NCBI GenBank assembly: GCA_028826165.1
Contig: JAPDFW010000076.1
Span: forward strand, 351,892 to 415,891
Origin: Anaeramoeba ignava BMAN
Taxonomy: Eukaryota > Protista > Anaeramoebae
DNA length: 64,000 nt
Reading direction: 5' to 3'
Shown here: positions 1-12,299 of the stretch, in pieces
Layout of the letters: each line of letters opens with the position of its first letter
Numbering within the stretch: the first letter of the stretch is position 1
Notes under the pieces: generated by a model
Seen by the model: the letters and a program-made list of their open reading frames with translations, nothing else
What the model was told of the DNA's origin: nothing
The model's database searches: none
Program-made: the position numbers and the translations under genes

Positions 1-352
1 CAAAAAAATTAAATCCAAAATTAAATCAAATTAAATCAAATTAATTCCAAAAAATCAAATCAAAAAATTTAAATCAATTTAAATCCAAAAATATTTAAAT
101 CCAAAAATATTTAAATCAAATTAAATCAAATTAAATCAAATTAAATCCAAAAATATTTAAATCAAATTAAATTAAATTAAATCAATTTAAATCCAAAAAT
201 ATTTAAATCAAATTAAATTAAATTAAATTAAATCAAATTAAATTAAATCAAATTAAATTAAATCAAATTAAATTAAATTAAATTAAATCAAATTAAATCA
301 AATCCAAAAATATTTAAATCAAATTAAATCCAAAAATAATTAAATTTAAATT
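1..352. repeat. Intergenic low-complexity repeat (AAATT/AAATC pentamers, AAATCCAAAAATATTT units)
   Basis: Tandem ttaaatcaaa/ttaaattaaa units visible directly. Confidence 0.85.
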
Positions 353-565
353 AAAAGGAGAATTGATTGAAGATAAAAAATTGTTTTAAATTTTTCTTCT
401 TTAAATTTATTTTTCTTCTTTTTTTTTTTTTTTTTAATAAAAATAAAAACAAAAAAAAATTTTTTTAATTAAAAAAATTTAAATTAACTACAGCTGGAAA
501 TATAAATAAAAAAAAAAAAAAAATAAAAAAATAAAAATAAAAAATCATTTTTCTTTTTACAAAAA

Positions 566-3500
566 ATGTCTTTAGGAACAGTTTTTGCAAAACAAATAAT
601 AAGCAACTACGATCATAAGTACACAACTATGGCGAGCCCAAAAGACAAAGGTAACTTAACAACAGTGCAAGGCTTATTAGCAGGAGGACTTGCAGGCGCA
701 GTAGCACGAACAGCAACATCTCCATTAGATGTAATCAAGATTCTGTTCCAAGTGCAAAAAGGTCCAAGTCATGAAGCAAAATATAAAGGTTTGGGTGATG
801 CTTTTGCTACTATTTATCGTGAAGAAGGTTTAGGTGGTTTCTGGAAAGGAAATTGGGCTGGTTGCCTCAGAATTGCTCCTTATAGTGCTATCAAATTCGC
901 TACGTTCGTTTTTTTTCTTATTTTTTTAACGTTTATTTAATAATTTAATTAATAATTTATTTAATAATTTATTTAATAATTTAATTAATAATTTATTTAA
1001 TAATTTATTTAATAATTTAATTAATAATTTATTTAATAATTTATATAATAATTTATATAATAATTTATTTAATAATTTATATAATAATTTATATAATAAT
1101 TTATATAATAATTTATATAATAATTTATATAATAATTTATAAAATAATTTATTTTTTATAATTTAATTTAATAATTTATATAATAATTTATATAATAATT
1201 TATATAATAATTTATATAATAATTTATATAATAATTTATTTAATAATTTTAATTAATAATTTATTTTAATAATTTATTAATAATTTATATAATAATTTTT
1301 TTAATAATTTTAATTTTATTTTTAATTAATAATTTTATTTAATAATTTAATTAATAATTTAATTTAATTAATTTAATAATTTAATTAATAATTTTATTTA
1401 ATAATTTTAATTAATAATTTAATTTAATAAATTTTATTTAATAATTTATTTTAATAATTTAATTAATAATTTATTTAATAATTTAATTTAATAATTTAAT
1501 TAATAATTTTAATTAATAATTTAATTAATAACTTATTTAATAATTTATAAAAATAATTTAATTAATAATTTAATTAATAATTTATTTAATAATTTATAAA
1601 ATAATTTAATTAATAATTTATTTTAATAATTTATATAATAATTTTATATAATAATTTATATAATAATTTAATTAATAATTTATTTAATAATTTTATATAA
1701 TAATTTTATATAATATTTTTATATAATAATTTATTTAATAATTTATATAATAATTTTATAATAATTTATATAATAATTTTATATAATAATTTATATAATA
1801 ATTTATTTAATAATTTATTTTAATAATTTATTTAATAATTTTTAATTAATAATTTATTTAATAATTTTATTTAATAATTTAATTAATAATTTAATTAATA
1901 ATTTAATTAATAATTTATAAAAAATTTATATAATAATTTATTTAATAATTTAATTAATAATTTAATTAATAATTTATTTAATAATTTATTTAATAATTTA
2001 TTTAATAATTTATTTAATAATTTATTTAATAATTTAATTAATAATTTATAAAATAATTTATATAATAATTTATTTAATAATTTAATTAATAATTTATTTA
2101 ATAATTTATTTAATAATTTAATAATTTATATAATAATTTATAAAAATTTATTTAATAATTTAATTAATAATTTAATTAATAATTTATATAATAATTTATA
2201 AAATAATTTATTTAATAATTTATATAATAATTTATTTAATAATTTAATTAATAATTTAATTAATAATTTTAATTTAATAATTTATATAATAATTTATTTA
2301 ATAATTTATTTAATAATTTTATATAATAATTTTAATAATAATTTATATAATAATTTATATAATAATTTATTTTAATAATTTATTTAATAATTTATAAAAT
2401 AATTTATATAATAATTTAATAATTTATTTAATAATTTTATAAAATAATTTATAAAATGGTTTATTTATTAATTTAATTAATAATTTATTTAATAATTTAA
2501 TTAATAATTTATTTAATAATTTATTTAATAATTTAATTAATAATTTATTTAATAATTTATTTAATAATTTATTTAATAATTTATATAATAATTTATATAA
2601 TAATTTATTTAATAATTTATTTAATAATTTATATAATAATTTATTTAATAATTTATTTAATAATTTATTTAATAATTTATATAATAATTTAAATAATAAT
2701 TTATATAATATAGCTTTGAAAGACTTCGTAAAGTTGTTGGAAAAGGACAACCACTTTCAAGTGTTCAAAGATTAATTTGTGGATCACTTGCAGGAACTAT
2801 TGGATTAATTTTCACTTATCCATTTGATGTTGTTAAAACTCGAATGACTGTTGATTCAAGATATACAGGAATTACAGATACTTTTGCAAAAATTATTCAA
2901 GAAGAAGGAATTGGTGGTTTATTTGGTGGAATTATTCCTTCTGTTGTTGGTGTTATTCCTTATGAAGGTGGACAATTCTTTGCTTATGGAGCAATCAAAA
3001 GTTTCTGGGAAGGTCCTGAAAAAAGAGTAAATTTTATAAAAATTAAAATTAAAATTCATTTATAAAATCAAAATTAAAATTAAAATTAAAATTAAAATTT
3101 AAATTTAAATTAAAATTAAAATTAAAATTAAAATTAAAATTAAAATTAAAATTAAAATTAAAAATTAAAATTAAAATTCATTTATAAAATCAAAATTAAA
3201 ATTAAAATTAAAATTAAAATTAAAATTAAAATTAAAATTAAATTTAAAATTAAAATTCATTTATAAAATTAAAATTAAAATTAAAATTAAAATTAAAATT
3301 AAAATTCATTTATAAAATAAAAATTAAAATTTAAATTCATTTATAAAATTAAAATTAAAATTAAAATTAAAATTAAAATTAAAATTCATTTATAAAATAA
3401 AAAATAAAATTAGCAATTAAGTGTTATTGAAAATTTACTTGTTGGATCATTAGCTGGAGCATTTGGACAAACAATTAGTTATCCATTTGATGTTATTAGA

Positions 3501-4270
3501 AAAAGATTACAAATACAAAGAAAATCAGGAAAACAAGAATATAGTGGAATGATTGATTGTGCTGTAAAAATTGTTAAAGATGAAGGATTCACAGGATTAT
3601 ATAAAGGAAATGTACCTAATTTAATTAAAGTTCTTCCTTATGCCGCATTAACTTTCACAACGTAAAAAATATAAAATTAAAATTAAAATTAAAATCAAAA
3701 TTAAAATTAAAATTAAAATTAAAATTAAAATTTAAAATTAAAATTAAAAATTAAAATTAAAATTAAAATTAAAATAAAAATTAAAATTAAAATTAAAATT
3801 AAAATTAAATTTAAAATTAAAATTCATTTAAAATTATAAAAATAAAATTAAAATTAAAATTAAAATTCATATTAAAATTAAAATTAAAATTTAAAATTAA
3901 AATTAAAATTAAAATTAAAATTATAAAATTTAAAATTAAAATTAAATTTAAAATTAAAATTAAATTTAAAATTAAAATTAAAATTAAAATTAAAATTAAA
4001 ATTAAAATTAAAATTAAAATTAAAATTAAAATTAAAATTAAAATTAAAATTAAAATTAAAATTAAAATTAAAATTTAAAATTAAAAATTAAATTTAAATT
4101 AAAATTAAAATTAAAATTAAAATTAAAATTAAAATTAAATTAAAATTCATATTAAAATTAAAATTAAAATTAAAATTAAAATTAAAATTAGTTATGAACA
4201 AGTCAAGAAATTCTTTGAAAACTATAATAATAAACGTAAAGCTCAAGCAACTCAACCTAAAAAGAAATGA
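566..4270 (+). CDS. Mitochondrial carrier family (SLC25) protein, SLC25A42/ADNT1-like; exons 566-903, 2714-3026, 3414-3661, 4192-4270
   Basis: Three Px[DE]xx[KR] carrier motifs (PLDVIK, PFDVVK, PFDVIR) and EG..G[FL][WFY][KG]G motifs; GT-AG joins keep the frame to TGA at 4268-4270. Confidence 0.93.
933..2710. repeat. Intronic 11-mer microsatellite (TAATAATTTA[TA])n
   Basis: About 1.8 kb tandem repeat essentially without G/C inside carrier intron 1. Confidence 0.9.
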
Positions 4271-4700
4271 AACTTCTTGAAATTTTTAATTAACTAATTA
4301 ACTAATTAAATCATCTTCTCCAAAAAAAAGAACTAATAATATTTTTTCCAAAATTCGTTTTCATTTTAATTTTCTTTTTCTTTTTCTTTTTCTTTCTTTT
4401 CATTCTTTTCATTCATTTTCCTTTTTTTTTTTTTTCAAAAACAAAACCAACTTATTTTTTGGTTGAGAATCAAAAGAATAAAAAAAACTTTCAATTAAAT
4501 TTTGATTTTGATTTTAATTTTAATTTTAATTTTAATTAGTTATTTCTTCTTTTTTCTTTTTTAAAATAATTAAAATAAAATAATAAATTTGTTTTTGTTT
4601 TTGTTTTTGTTGATTTTGATTTTTATTGAATTAGAAAAGAAATTTGAATTGAAAAAAGAAAAAGGAAAAGAAATTTGAATTGAAAAATTGGAAATTGGAA

Positions 4701-7448
4701 TTAAATATCTAAATCATCTTGAAGTTCTTTTTCTTCTTGTTTTTTTTCTTGTTTTCTTCTTTGTTTTTTTGTTCTTGTTTTTTTCTTATATAAAAGAATT
4801 GCAATAATAACTATTAAAATAATAAGAATTGGAATAAATATTCCAATAGTTATTGCTGTTGTGTTGGAATTGTTTGAATCAGTTGATTGAGTTGGTTCAT
4901 AAGGAGATAATATTGTAATTGATGTTGTTGAATTAATTCCTGAATATTCATTATTTGAACAATTTAAATCAGATGATGAATAAACTGAAATTTCATAATA
5001 TTCTCCTCCTTGTAATCCTGAAGTAATTGAATAATAAGCTGCTAGTAAATTTGTTAAACAAATTGATGTTGAGTTATAAGTAAATGAATATGCTTTTAAT
5101 CCACTTGATAAAATTAATGAATTCCAAGTACAAATAAATCCATTAATTAATGAATAACAATTTAATGAAGTAATATCTCCTAATTTAGCTCTTGTTGAAA
5201 TAATTGAACTAGGTAATCCTAAATATGGTGTTTCACAATTTAAATCAATACATCCTCGAATTGAAATATTATATTCAATATTTCCTGATATTTCACTTAT
5301 TATTCCAATAACTTCATTTCCACTTAAATTAAGAGATGTGAATTTTTGCCAATTTGTTCCATTATCAAGTGAAATTGAATAATTATTTGCATTTGTTAAT
5401 TTTGTAAAATTAAATTCAATTTCTTCAATTTTGGAAATTGTTTCATAAATTGTTGGAGATGTTAAATTATCAGTTGTAATTGAAATTGATGAAATATATC
5501 CACATTTTCCATTTGAATTACATGCTGATATATTGATTTGATATTCTTGATTTGGGAATTGAGCTGTAAATTGTTGATTTGTTGAAATTGGTTGATAATT
5601 TCCTGAATAATTTTGAGAAATTGATTGATAAGTAAAATTATAATAAAATGGAATTGAACAATTAATTGGTTGATTCCAATTACAATTAATATCGATTAAA
5701 TTTGAAATTGAACATGTTAAATTTGTAATTTCACCAAAAATTAATGAAATTGATGATTCAACAATTTCTCCTTTATCATCTCCTTCACATTCTTGTGTTC
5801 TACATCCACAAATTGAAATATTATAATCATTTTCACATTCTAAATTATTCCAAAAATAATCAAGTGAAGAATTATCAACTGAAATGAAAGATATTAAATC
5901 AGGTTGAGATTGATTGAAATAAGAAAGATTATAATGATCAATATGAGCAATTCCTTCATTGATTTGAACATTTGGATAATTCCAAGTAACATTAATTGAA
6001 TTATTTGAAGGATTTGATAATTGGAAATCTTTTACAGAATCAATTTTTGTTGTTAAATTAATGAAAGAAGAAGATTCACCACATATCATTGATACATGAT
6101 TACAAGCTTGAATTTGAATTGAATAATATTCATTTCCAGTAATATTATCATAAATTGAAGAATTAAATAATTGATAATAAACATTCTCATCTTCAAGAAT
6201 TGGAGAATCAATATCAATCCAATCATATCCATAATTAATTTGATATTTCAAATTTGGAAATTCAATTTTATTCCAATAACAATCAAATGATGAAAACAAA
6301 GATGAACAATTAACAATATTAACTTGAGGTAATTTAGCTTCATAAACAAATGCTTTATTTGCATCAGGAGCACCAACAACAATAAAATTCTCATAAATTG
6401 AAACAGAACTTCCAAAATTTGAAGCTGAAGGTCCATTCAAAATTTGTTCTTCATTCCAAATTGATTCATTATATCTATAAATAAATGCTTGATTTGCACC
6501 AGGAGCATCAACAACAATAACATCTTCATAAATTGAAACAGAAAATCCAAAATTTGAAGCTGATTCATTCAAAGTTTGTTCAAGTTCAAAATTTGATTCA
6601 TTATATCTGTAAATAAATGCTTGATTTGCATAAGTCCCAATAACAATAACATCTTTATAAATTGAAACACTTCCTCCAAAAGCTGAAGGTCCATTCAAAG
6701 TTTGTTCTTGATTCCAAAATGTTCCATTATATCTGTAAACAAATGCTTTGTTTGCCATATCAGTTCCAATAACAGTAACATTTTCATAAATTGAAAGAGA
6801 AATTCCAAAATATAAAACTGATGATTCATACAACATTTGTTCTTGATTCCAAATTGATCCATTATATCTGTAAATAAATACTTGATTTGCATCATAATCA
6901 GTTCCAATAACAGTAACATTCTCATAAATTGAAACAGAATATCCAAAATCTGTAACTGAAGATTGATATAAAATTTGTTCTTGATTCCAAATTGATCCAT
7001 TATATCTGTAAATAAATGCTTTATTTGGAACAGGAGCACCAACAACAATAACATCTTCATAAATTGAAACAGAAAATCCAAAATTTGAAACAGAAGATTC
7101 ATTCAAAGTTTGTTCAAGTTCAAAATTTGTTCCATTATATCTGTAAATAAATACTTGTTTTGCCATATAAGCCCCAATAACAAGAACATCTTTATAAACT
7201 GAAACAGAACGTCCAAAATATCCTGAACCTGAAAATTGATCTAATAAATTCCAAATCCAAGCTTCATTGAAAGAAGAATAATATCTTGTTGTTTCTGTTA
7301 ATGTTTCTATTTCTGTTAATATTGGTGATATTAATGATGATGAAATTGATTTTTGATTTTGATTTTGATTTTGATTTTGATTTGATTGAATTAAGAAAAT
7401 ATTGATAATTAAGAAAAAGAAAAAGGAAAAGAAAAGATTTAATTTCAT
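4701..7448 (-). CDS. Type I membrane protein: signal peptide, 7 FG-GAP-like propeller blades, FN3-like stalk, TM, basic/acidic tail
   Basis: Seven FGxSVSIY..V.V.GA repeats, Cys/Trp-containing FN3-like modules, hydrophobic TM followed by KKK; intronless. Confidence 0.85.
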   Translation of the reverse strand: MKLNLFFSFFFFLIINIFLIQSNQNQNQNQNQKSISSSLISPILTEIETLTETTRYYSSFNEAWIWNLLDQFSGSGYFGRSVSVYKDVLVIGAYMAKQVFIYRYNGTNFELEQTLNESSVSNFGFSVSIYEDVIVVGAPVPNKAFIYRYNGSIWNQEQILYQSSVTDFGYSVSIYENVTVIGTDYDANQVFIYRYNGSIWNQEQMLYESSVLYFGISLSIYENVTVIGTDMANKAFVYRYNGTFWNQEQTLNGPSAFGGSVSIYKDVIVIGTYANQAFIYRYNESNFELEQTLNESASNFGFSVSIYEDVIVVDAPGANQAFIYRYNESIWNEEQILNGPSASNFGSSVSIYENFIVVGAPDANKAFVYEAKLPQVNIVNCSSLFSSFDCYWNKIEFPNLKYQINYGYDWIDIDSPILEDENVYYQLFNSSIYDNITGNEYYSIQIQACNHVSMICGESSSFINLTTKIDSVKDFQLSNPSNNSINVTWNYPNVQINEGIAHIDHYNLSYFNQSQPDLISFISVDNSSLDYFWNNLECENDYNISICGCRTQECEGDDKGEIVESSISLIFGEITNLTCSISNLIDINCNWNQPINCSIPFYYNFTYQSISQNYSGNYQPISTNQQFTAQFPNQEYQINISACNSNGKCGYISSISITTDNLTSPTIYETISKIEEIEFNFTKLTNANNYSISLDNGTNWQKFTSLNLSGNEVIGIISEISGNIEYNISIRGCIDLNCETPYLGLPSSIISTRAKLGDITSLNCYSLINGFICTWNSLILSSGLKAYSFTYNSTSICLTNLLAAYYSITSGLQGGEYYEISVYSSSDLNCSNNEYSGINSTTSITILSPYEPTQSTDSNNSNTTAITIGIFIPILIILIVIIAILLYKKKTRTKKQRRKQEKKQEEKELQDDLDI

Positions 7449-8194
7449 TTTTTGTTTTGCTATTTTTTCTTTAAATAAAAAACATAAAAATATAAATAAG
7501 TAAAAATAAATGAAATTGTATGTTTTTGTGTTTTTTTTATATTTTTTTCTTACTTTGTGTTTTTTGGATTTTTTTGTTGTTTTTTTTTTTGCTTTTTTTT
7601 TTTAAATAAAATTAAAAATAAAATTAATATAAAAATTAAAATATTTATTTGTGTTTTTGTTTTTTGTGTTATTTTTATGTTTTTTCTTACTTTTTTTGTT
7701 TTTTTAAAAAGAGAAAGAAAAAGAAAAAATGATCTTTTGTTTTTTAATTTTAAATTAATTTTAAAAAAAAATTTTTTTTCTTGTTTTCTTTTTAATTTTA
7801 ATTTAAATTTTAATTTAAAATATTTTTGGAATATTTATCTGTTTTATCTTTTTTTCTTTGTTTCTTTTTCAATAATTTCTCTTTAAATTGTTTTTCTTTT
7901 TGTTAATTTTAATTAATAAAATAAAATAAATAAAATTTTTGGATTTTTATTTAATTGGAAATAATCAATTTCTATTTAGTTTTATTAATTATTTCTTGTT
8001 TAAATTTTGATTTTGAATTTAATTAATTATTTCTTCTTTTTCTTTTTTAAAATAATTAAATCAAAATCAAAATCAAAAAATAATAAATTTGTTTTTGTTT
8101 TTGTTGTTTTTGATTTTGATTTTTATTGAATTAGAAAAGAAATTTGAATGGAAAAAGAAAAAGGAAAGAAATTGGAATTGAAATAGAATTGGAA

Positions 8195-10112
8195 TTAAAG
8201 ATCTAAATCATCTTGAAGTTCTTTTTCTTCTTGTTTTTTTTCTTGTTTTCTTCTTTGTTTTTTTCTTGTTTTTTTCTGATATAAAAGAATTGCAATAATA
8301 ACTAGTAAAATAATAATAATTGGAATAAATATTCCAATAGTTATTGCTGTTGTGTTGGAATTGCTTGAATCAGTTGATTGAGTTGGTTCATAAGGAGATA
8401 ATATTGTAATTGATGTTGTTGAATTAATTCCTGAATATTCATTAGATAAACAATTTAATGTAGCTGATTGATAAACTGAAATTTCATAATATTCTCCTCC
8501 TTGTAATCCTGGAATTAAATAATAATTGAATAAATTTGTTAAACAAATTGTAGTTGAGTTAAAATTGAATGAATATGCTTTTAATCCTGTTGATAAAATT
8601 AATGAATACCAACTACATTCAAATCCATTAATTAATGATATGCAATTTAATGAAGTAATATCTCCTAATTTAGCTCTTGTTGAAATAATTGAACTAGGTA
8701 ATCCTAAATATGGTGTTTCACAATTTAAATCAATACATCCTCGAATTGAAATATTATATTCAATATTTCCTGATATTTCACTTATTATTCCAATAACTTC
8801 ATTTTCATTTAAATCAAGAGATGTGAATTTTTGCCAATTTGTTCCATTATTAAGTGAAATTGAATAATTATTTGCATTTGTTAATTTTGTGAAATTAAAT
8901 TCAATTTCTTCAATTTTGGAAATTGTTTCATAAATTGTTGGAGATGTTAAATTATCAGTTGTAATTAAAATTGATGAAATATATCCACATTTTCCATTTG
9001 AATTACATGCTGATATATTGATTTGATATTCTTGATTTGGTAATTGAACTTTAAATTGTTGATTTGTTGAAATTGGTTGATAATTTCCTGAATAATTTTG
9101 AGAAATTGATTGATAAGTAAAATTATAATAAAATGGAATTGAACAATTAATTGGTTGATTCCAATTACAATTAATATCTATTAAATTTGAAATTGAACAT
9201 GTTAAATTTGTAATTTCACCAAATATTAATGAAATTGATGATTCAACAATTTCTCCTTTATCATCTTCTTCACATTCTTGTGTTCTACATCCACAAATTG
9301 AAATATTATAATCATTTTCACATTCTAAATTATTCCAAAAATAATCAAGTGAAGAATTATCAACTGAAATGAAAGATATTAAATCAGGTTGAGATTGATT
9401 GAGATAAGAAAGATTATAATGATCAATATGAGCAATTCCTTCATTGATTTGAACATTTGGATAATTCCAAGTAACATTAATTGATTTATTTGAAGTATTT
9501 AATAATTGGAAATCTTTTACAGAATCAATTTTTGATGTTAAATTAATGAAAGAAGAAGATTCACCACATTTCGTTGATGCATTATCACAAGCTTGAATTT
9601 GAATTGAATAATATTCATTTCCAGTAATATTATCATAAATTGAAGAATTAAATAATTGATAATAAACATTCTCATCTTCAAGAATTGGAGAATCAATATC
9701 AATCCAATCATATCCATAATTAATTTGATATTTCAAATTTGGAAATTCAATTTTATTCCAATAACAATCAAATGATGAAAACAAAGATGAACAATTAAGA
9801 ATATTAACTTGAGGAATTAATTTAGCTTCATAAACAAATGCTTGATTTACAACATAAGCTCCCATAACAGTAAAATTATCATAAATTGAAACAGAAATTC
9901 CAAAATATAAAACTGAAGATTCATTCAAAATTTGTTTTTGATTTCAAATTGATCCATTATATCTGTAAATAAATGCTTGTTTTTCATTATAAGCGCCAAT
10001 AATAATATCTTTATAAATTGAAACCCAAAATCCAATATATCCTGAATGTGAGAATTGATCTAATAAATTCCAAACTCAATTTCATTGAAAGAAGAATAAT
10101 ATCTTGTTGTTT
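8195..10112 (-). pseudogene. Truncated FG-GAP/FN3 receptor paralogue (2 blades, no signal peptide, in-frame TGA)
   Basis: Homology runs to TTRYYSSFNE near 10110, then a frameshift and TGG>TGA near 9945; the 3' ~570 codons remain open. Confidence 0.8.
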
Positions 10113-10308
10113 GTTAGTTTTAATAATTAGTATTAAATTAATAAATAATTAATCACTATTTCATGTTTATTTTGTTTGTATTTGATTTATTTATTATTAT
10201 TTACTGAATAAAAAAGTTTGTTTTTAAAAATAAAAATAAAAATAAAAAAATGAATTTAATTTTTTTCATTTTTTTTTATTTCAATTTTTCGATTTTTGAT
10301 TTATTAAA

Positions 10309-12206
10309 ATGTTACCAAATAATCTTCAAAGTAGAATTTGTCAAATTTGTTTTGAAAAATTTTCAACTGAAAGAAAACCAATGATAATATGTAGTTATGG
10401 ACATAATGTTTGTTCTTATTGCGCAAGTTTTTTAGAAGAATGTCCCTTTTGTAGATCACCAAAAAGCAAAAAACCAACTATAAATTTGCTAGTTTTAGAA
10501 ATGATTGAAGAAATTGAAAAACGGGAAAAAATCAAAATTCCCGAAATCAATTCAAAAGAGTTATTTATTGAAAATTCACCATTTAGTTTTGGAGCAGTTG
10601 CTGATTTATATAAAGCAAATTGGGGTAATCAATTTGTGGCTGTGAAAAAATTAAGAATGAACCCAAGCAAAACGGATAAAAAAATCCTCAAAAACGAAGT
10701 TGAAATTGCATCCAATCTTCCTCATCCAAACATTATAAGGGTTTTTGGGATTACAAAGATTAATAAACAACTAGGAATTGTTATGGAATATCTTGAGCCA
10801 GGATCACTTGAAAAAATTATTCCAACTTTATCTTTTATTGAATGCGTGAATATTTGTCTTGGAATTATTGATGGATTGAAATATCTTCATTCCAAAAATG
10901 TTATTCATCGAGATTTAAAACCAGCAAATCTTCTTCTTGATGGGAAAGTCCCAAAAATTTCGGATTTTGGTCAATCAATTATTCATCAAAAAATTTTCCA
11001 AAATGCAAATATTAAAGGTTCAATTGAATATACTGCTCCAGAAATTTTGAAAAATGAAACAGTGAGTGATCGAACTGTTGATATTTACAGTTTTTCAATG
11101 ATAATTTTCCATTTATTTTCTAAAAAGAAGCCTTTTGATGATTTGAATTTGTTCCAGATTATCACTTATTTGCAGAAAGGAATTCGTCCAGAAATTTCTC
11201 AGAATTTGATTCCAGAATCACTTTCGAGATTAATCATACGCGGATGGTCAGGAAATCCAACAGAAAGACCAAGTCTTGATGAATTTCGAAAAGTTTTTCA
11301 AGAATTAAAATTGTTTTTTGAAAATGAAAATTCCAATTCCAATGAAAATTTAAATCAAAATGAAAATTTAAATCAAAATGAAAATTTAAATCAAAATGAA
11401 AAATTTGATGAACTTTCAATACAACTTCAACAATTTCTCCAAATTTCTCCTTTAAAATCAAACCAAAACCAAAAGAATAAAAATCAAATTAATTTCTCAA
11501 AACTTGAAGTTGAACAATGTATTGAATTGTTAAGTAAATCTGAAAATGAACAAAAAATTCAAGAAAAAGGAATTGAACGTTTATCAAATTTATCAATAAT
11601 AAGAGGTAATCAATATTTTTTTTCCCTAAATTGATTTATTGGATTAACAAAAAATAAAATGAACCATTTTTTATTTTTAGAAAATCGAACAAAAATTTCA
11701 AATTTAAATGGATTTCAAGTAACTTTTTCAATTATGAAAAAATTTCCTGATAATTTAAATATTCAATTAAATGGTTCAACAATTTTAGCAAATTTGATGA
11801 CTAAAAACAAAGGTAAATTGAATTTTAAAAACAAAAAAAAAATTTGATTAATTTATTGATCTTCTTTTGATTTAAAAAGAAAATCAATCAATATTTGCAA
11901 ATTTATCAGGAGTTCAAATAATAATTGGTTTAATGAATAAATATCCTGATAATGAATCAGTTCAACAAAAAGCCTGTTTAATATTGAAAAAAGCCGCAGA
12001 AAATGCAGGTAATTAAATTACAAAAATCAATTTAAATTTAATTAATTAATTAATTAATTGTTTTATTTTTTATTTTTTATTTAGAAAATCGTTTTGAAAT
12101 GATAAATTGGGGATTTTCTTTTTTTATTGCAGAATTGATTCATAAATTCCCAAATAATAAAGAAATTAAAATGATTGGGCAATCTTTAATAAATCAATTA
12201 AAATAA
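10309..12206 (+). CDS. RING finger + TKL-type protein kinase + 3 ARM-like repeats; exons 10309-11605, 11681-11812, 11880-12008, 12085-12206
   Basis: C3HC4 RING (CQIC..C..GH..C..C..CPFC); VAVK, HRDLKPAN, DFG and APE kinase motifs; phase-1 GT-AG introns. Confidence 0.88.
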
Positions 12207-12299
12207 AAACAAAAACAAAATATTCAAAAAATTCCACTTTTTTAACTCATTTTTATTTTCATCCTTTTTCTTTCTTTTTTTCAATAAAAAGTAATCAAT

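Noticed and set aside
1-352. Telomeric repeat at the window start
   Set aside because: Irregular units resembling other intergenic low-complexity tracts; no uniform G-rich telomere unit.
6248-8867. Overlapping alternative-frame ORFs in the receptor genes (also 54461, 57024, 58509, 61421)
   Set aside because: Shadow frames of repetitive, biased coding sequence; they recur only because the host genes are paralogous.
9940-9950. TGA at a conserved Trp position as evidence of an alternative genetic code
   Set aside because: TGA terminates several intact genes here (4270, 15171, 27673), Trp is TGG elsewhere, and the surrounding region is decayed.
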